In this document: positions 62,752 through 64,000 of the stretch, in pieces
How the letters are laid out: each line of letters starts with the position of its first letter
How positions within the stretch are numbered: the first letter of the stretch is position 1
NCBI GenBank assembly: GCA_964612685.1
Contig: CAZTCF010000003.1
Coordinates: forward strand, 3,685 to 67,684
Length of the DNA: 64,000 bases
From: Candidatus Woesearchaeota archaeon
GTDB taxonomy: Archaea; Nanobdellota; Nanobdellia; Pacearchaeales; GW2011-AR1
Direction: 5' to 3'
Made by a program: the position numbers and the translations under genes
Notes under the pieces: generated by a model
What the model was told of the DNA's origin: nothing
What the model saw: only the letters and a program-made list of their open reading frames with translations
Databases searched by the model: none

Positions 62752-63375
62752 TTATTTCTTTTTCTCTTCAGGAATAGCCAACATTTTTTCCAATCCTTTA
62801 GCCTCTTCTTTAGCACCCTGAGCAAGAGCTTCGGATACCTTTGTCTTAGTTAAATAAGATTGATACCCTCCAAATATTTTATTATAAAGTTCTTCCTGAG
62901 CCAAAACAGCTGCTTTTTTATCATCAGGCAACTTTTTGAATTCTTCCTCCGAAATATTAGTTTTCAAACTTCCAAGATATTTATCGCTAAACTTAGCTTT
63001 TGAACCCATTAGTCCCATTATATCACTTATCTTAGAATTATCCAAAGATTCCTGGACAATTGCAGCACAATCTTTCATTATTCCTAACTCAGAAACATTC
63101 CCACTATATCTAACCCCTTTCTCTCTAGATTTTAAGATAGAATTTTGCATAACATTGTATTCGGTTCCGTCAGAAGCATAAGCCTTAATTCCAGAATTAA
63201 AAGCAGGGAAATACTTGAACGCGCCCATAGCATCATTGTCTTCATCGCCATATTTATTATTTTTATAAACTATATAAGTTGCTGCTAAATCTACAAGATT
63301 ACTAGCTTTAAGATTCTTTAAAGCAACATCTCTTTTCTTCTCTTCTGGTGATTTTTCTTCTGATTTGTCTGTCAT
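62752..63375 (-). CDS. hypothetical protein (207 aa)
   Basis: ORF only. Confidence 0.65.
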   Translation of the reverse strand: MTDKSEEKSPEEKKRDVALKNLKASNLVDLAATYIVYKNNKYGDEDNDAMGAFKYFPAFNSGIKAYASDGTEYNVMQNSILKSREKGVRYSGNVSELGIMKDCAAIVQESLDNSKISDIMGLMGSKAKFSDKYLGSLKTNISEEEFKKLPDDKKAAVLAQEELYNKIFGGYQSYLTKTKVSEALAQGAKEEAKGLEKMLAIPEEKKK

Positions 63376-63532
63376 ATATTTTCTATAAACTCAAACTATT
63401 TAAATCTTTCGGTTATGTTACCATTTACTAAAAGTAACAAATGTAAGATAAGAATATTGACTTAAAATCATCTAATCAAAAATATTATATATAATACATC
63501 CCTTTATTATTTAATTAAATGAGGTTTAAAAA

Positions 63533-63877
63533 ATGGATAGAACACTGGATAAACTGGGGGCATGGGCTTTTGTAATCGGTCTTGTTTTAGCGATTATAAT
63601 AGCAATCTTTAGTGTGCAGCAAACCTGGCCAATGTATCTATTGCTTTTTCTTGGGCTTGTCGTGGGTCTTTTGAATATTGGCAATAGAGAAGTAGGTTCC
63701 TTTTTACTAGCTGCAATAGCCTTTATGTTTACATTTACAGCCTTAAGTACTCTCTCTGAAGGAATACCTTTGATAGGTGAGACTTTAGCTAGATTCTTAG
63801 GATTAGTAAATGCATTCATTGCACCTGCAGCAGCAGTTGTAGCATTTAAGGCGTTATTTAGTCACACAAAACACTAA
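63533..63877 (+). CDS. small membrane protein (114 aa, 4 TM)
   Basis: Hydrophobic ORF. GAGGT lies upstream of the ATG. Confidence 0.6.
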   Translation: MDRTLDKLGAWAFVIGLVLAIIIAIFSVQQTWPMYLLLFLGLVVGLLNIGNREVGSFLLAAIAFMFTFTALSTLSEGIPLIGETLARFLGLVNAFIAPAAAVVAFKALFSHTKH

Positions 63878-63905
63878 AGAATAAGTTTTTCTTTTTTTAT
63901 TTTTA

Positions 63906-64000
63906 TTAATTTTTCGAGAATTCATATAACACTCTTGTCTTACAAGGAAGTTTAGCTTTTATTGCCTTAAAGGCCTCTCTAGCTGCAGTAACTGCTTTTA
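63906..64000 (-). CDS. C-terminal fragment of a gene that starts beyond the window (...KAVTAAREAFKAIKAKLPCKTRVLYEFSKN-stop)
   Basis: The reading frame is open to the window edge. Translated by hand. Confidence 0.3.
   Translation of the reverse strand, partial: KAVTAAREAFKAIKAKLPCKTRVLYEFSKN

Noticed and set aside
63526-63819. Minus-strand 97-aa ORF
   Set aside because: It is antisense to the hydrophobic 4-TM protein gene 63533..63877, which has a proper ATG and SD.

Overview
A very AT-rich (by eye about 30% GC, not computed), gene-dense 64-kb segment that reads as a small-genome DPANN-like archaeon. That taxonomic call is inferred from gene content only. The archaeal markers are RpoE'/Rpo7, Spt4, ribosomal proteins S24e and S27ae, an Fcf1-like PIN protein, Dph2 and Dph6. 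Bacterial-looking genes also occur (NrdR, DUF2207, SIMPL, U32 peptidase). GGAGG Shine-Dalgarno boxes are strong, and (A)AAGATTTATAAA-type TATA boxes sit about 25 nt upstream of many starts.

Recognisable blocks:
- 1.0-9.1 kb: a deoxynucleotide cluster (thioredoxin, double-length ThyX, Dcd-like, Dut, class II RNR NrdJ, NrdR with a 26-bp palindrome upstream).
- 12.9-17.9 kb: one long minus-strand run joining an ArsR-IscS-IscU Fe-S cluster module to a TRASH / HMA-like / Cys-Gly-rich peptide metal module.
- 21-22.8 kb: the RpoE'-Spt4-S24e-S27ae cluster.
- Elsewhere: ScpA, Dph6, HisRS, Dph2, TrxB, PEP synthase, and a GluRS that lacks its anticodon-binding domains.
- Many secreted Cys-rich or membrane-anchored proteins.
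- Three paralogous pilin-like proteins.
- Two complete tRNAs, Trp(CCA) and His(GTG).

Most unusual signals:
1. A tandem array next to tRNA-His. A roughly 90-100-bp segment is repeated three times and brackets two small ORF cassettes. It contains the first 14 nt of tRNA-His, its upstream leader and a 28-nt promoter-like box. A fourth copy of the box lies in front of the adjacent thiol-disulfide operon.
2. A tandem 49-nt repeat carrying a tRNA 5' end at the window's left edge.
3. The metal/Cys-rich peptide cluster.
4. A five-gene block of unknowns that includes an endonuclease-IV-like TIM barrel with a large insertion.

I saw no CRISPR array, rRNA, transposase or integrase. All functional calls rest on motif recognition by eye. 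No database search was possible.
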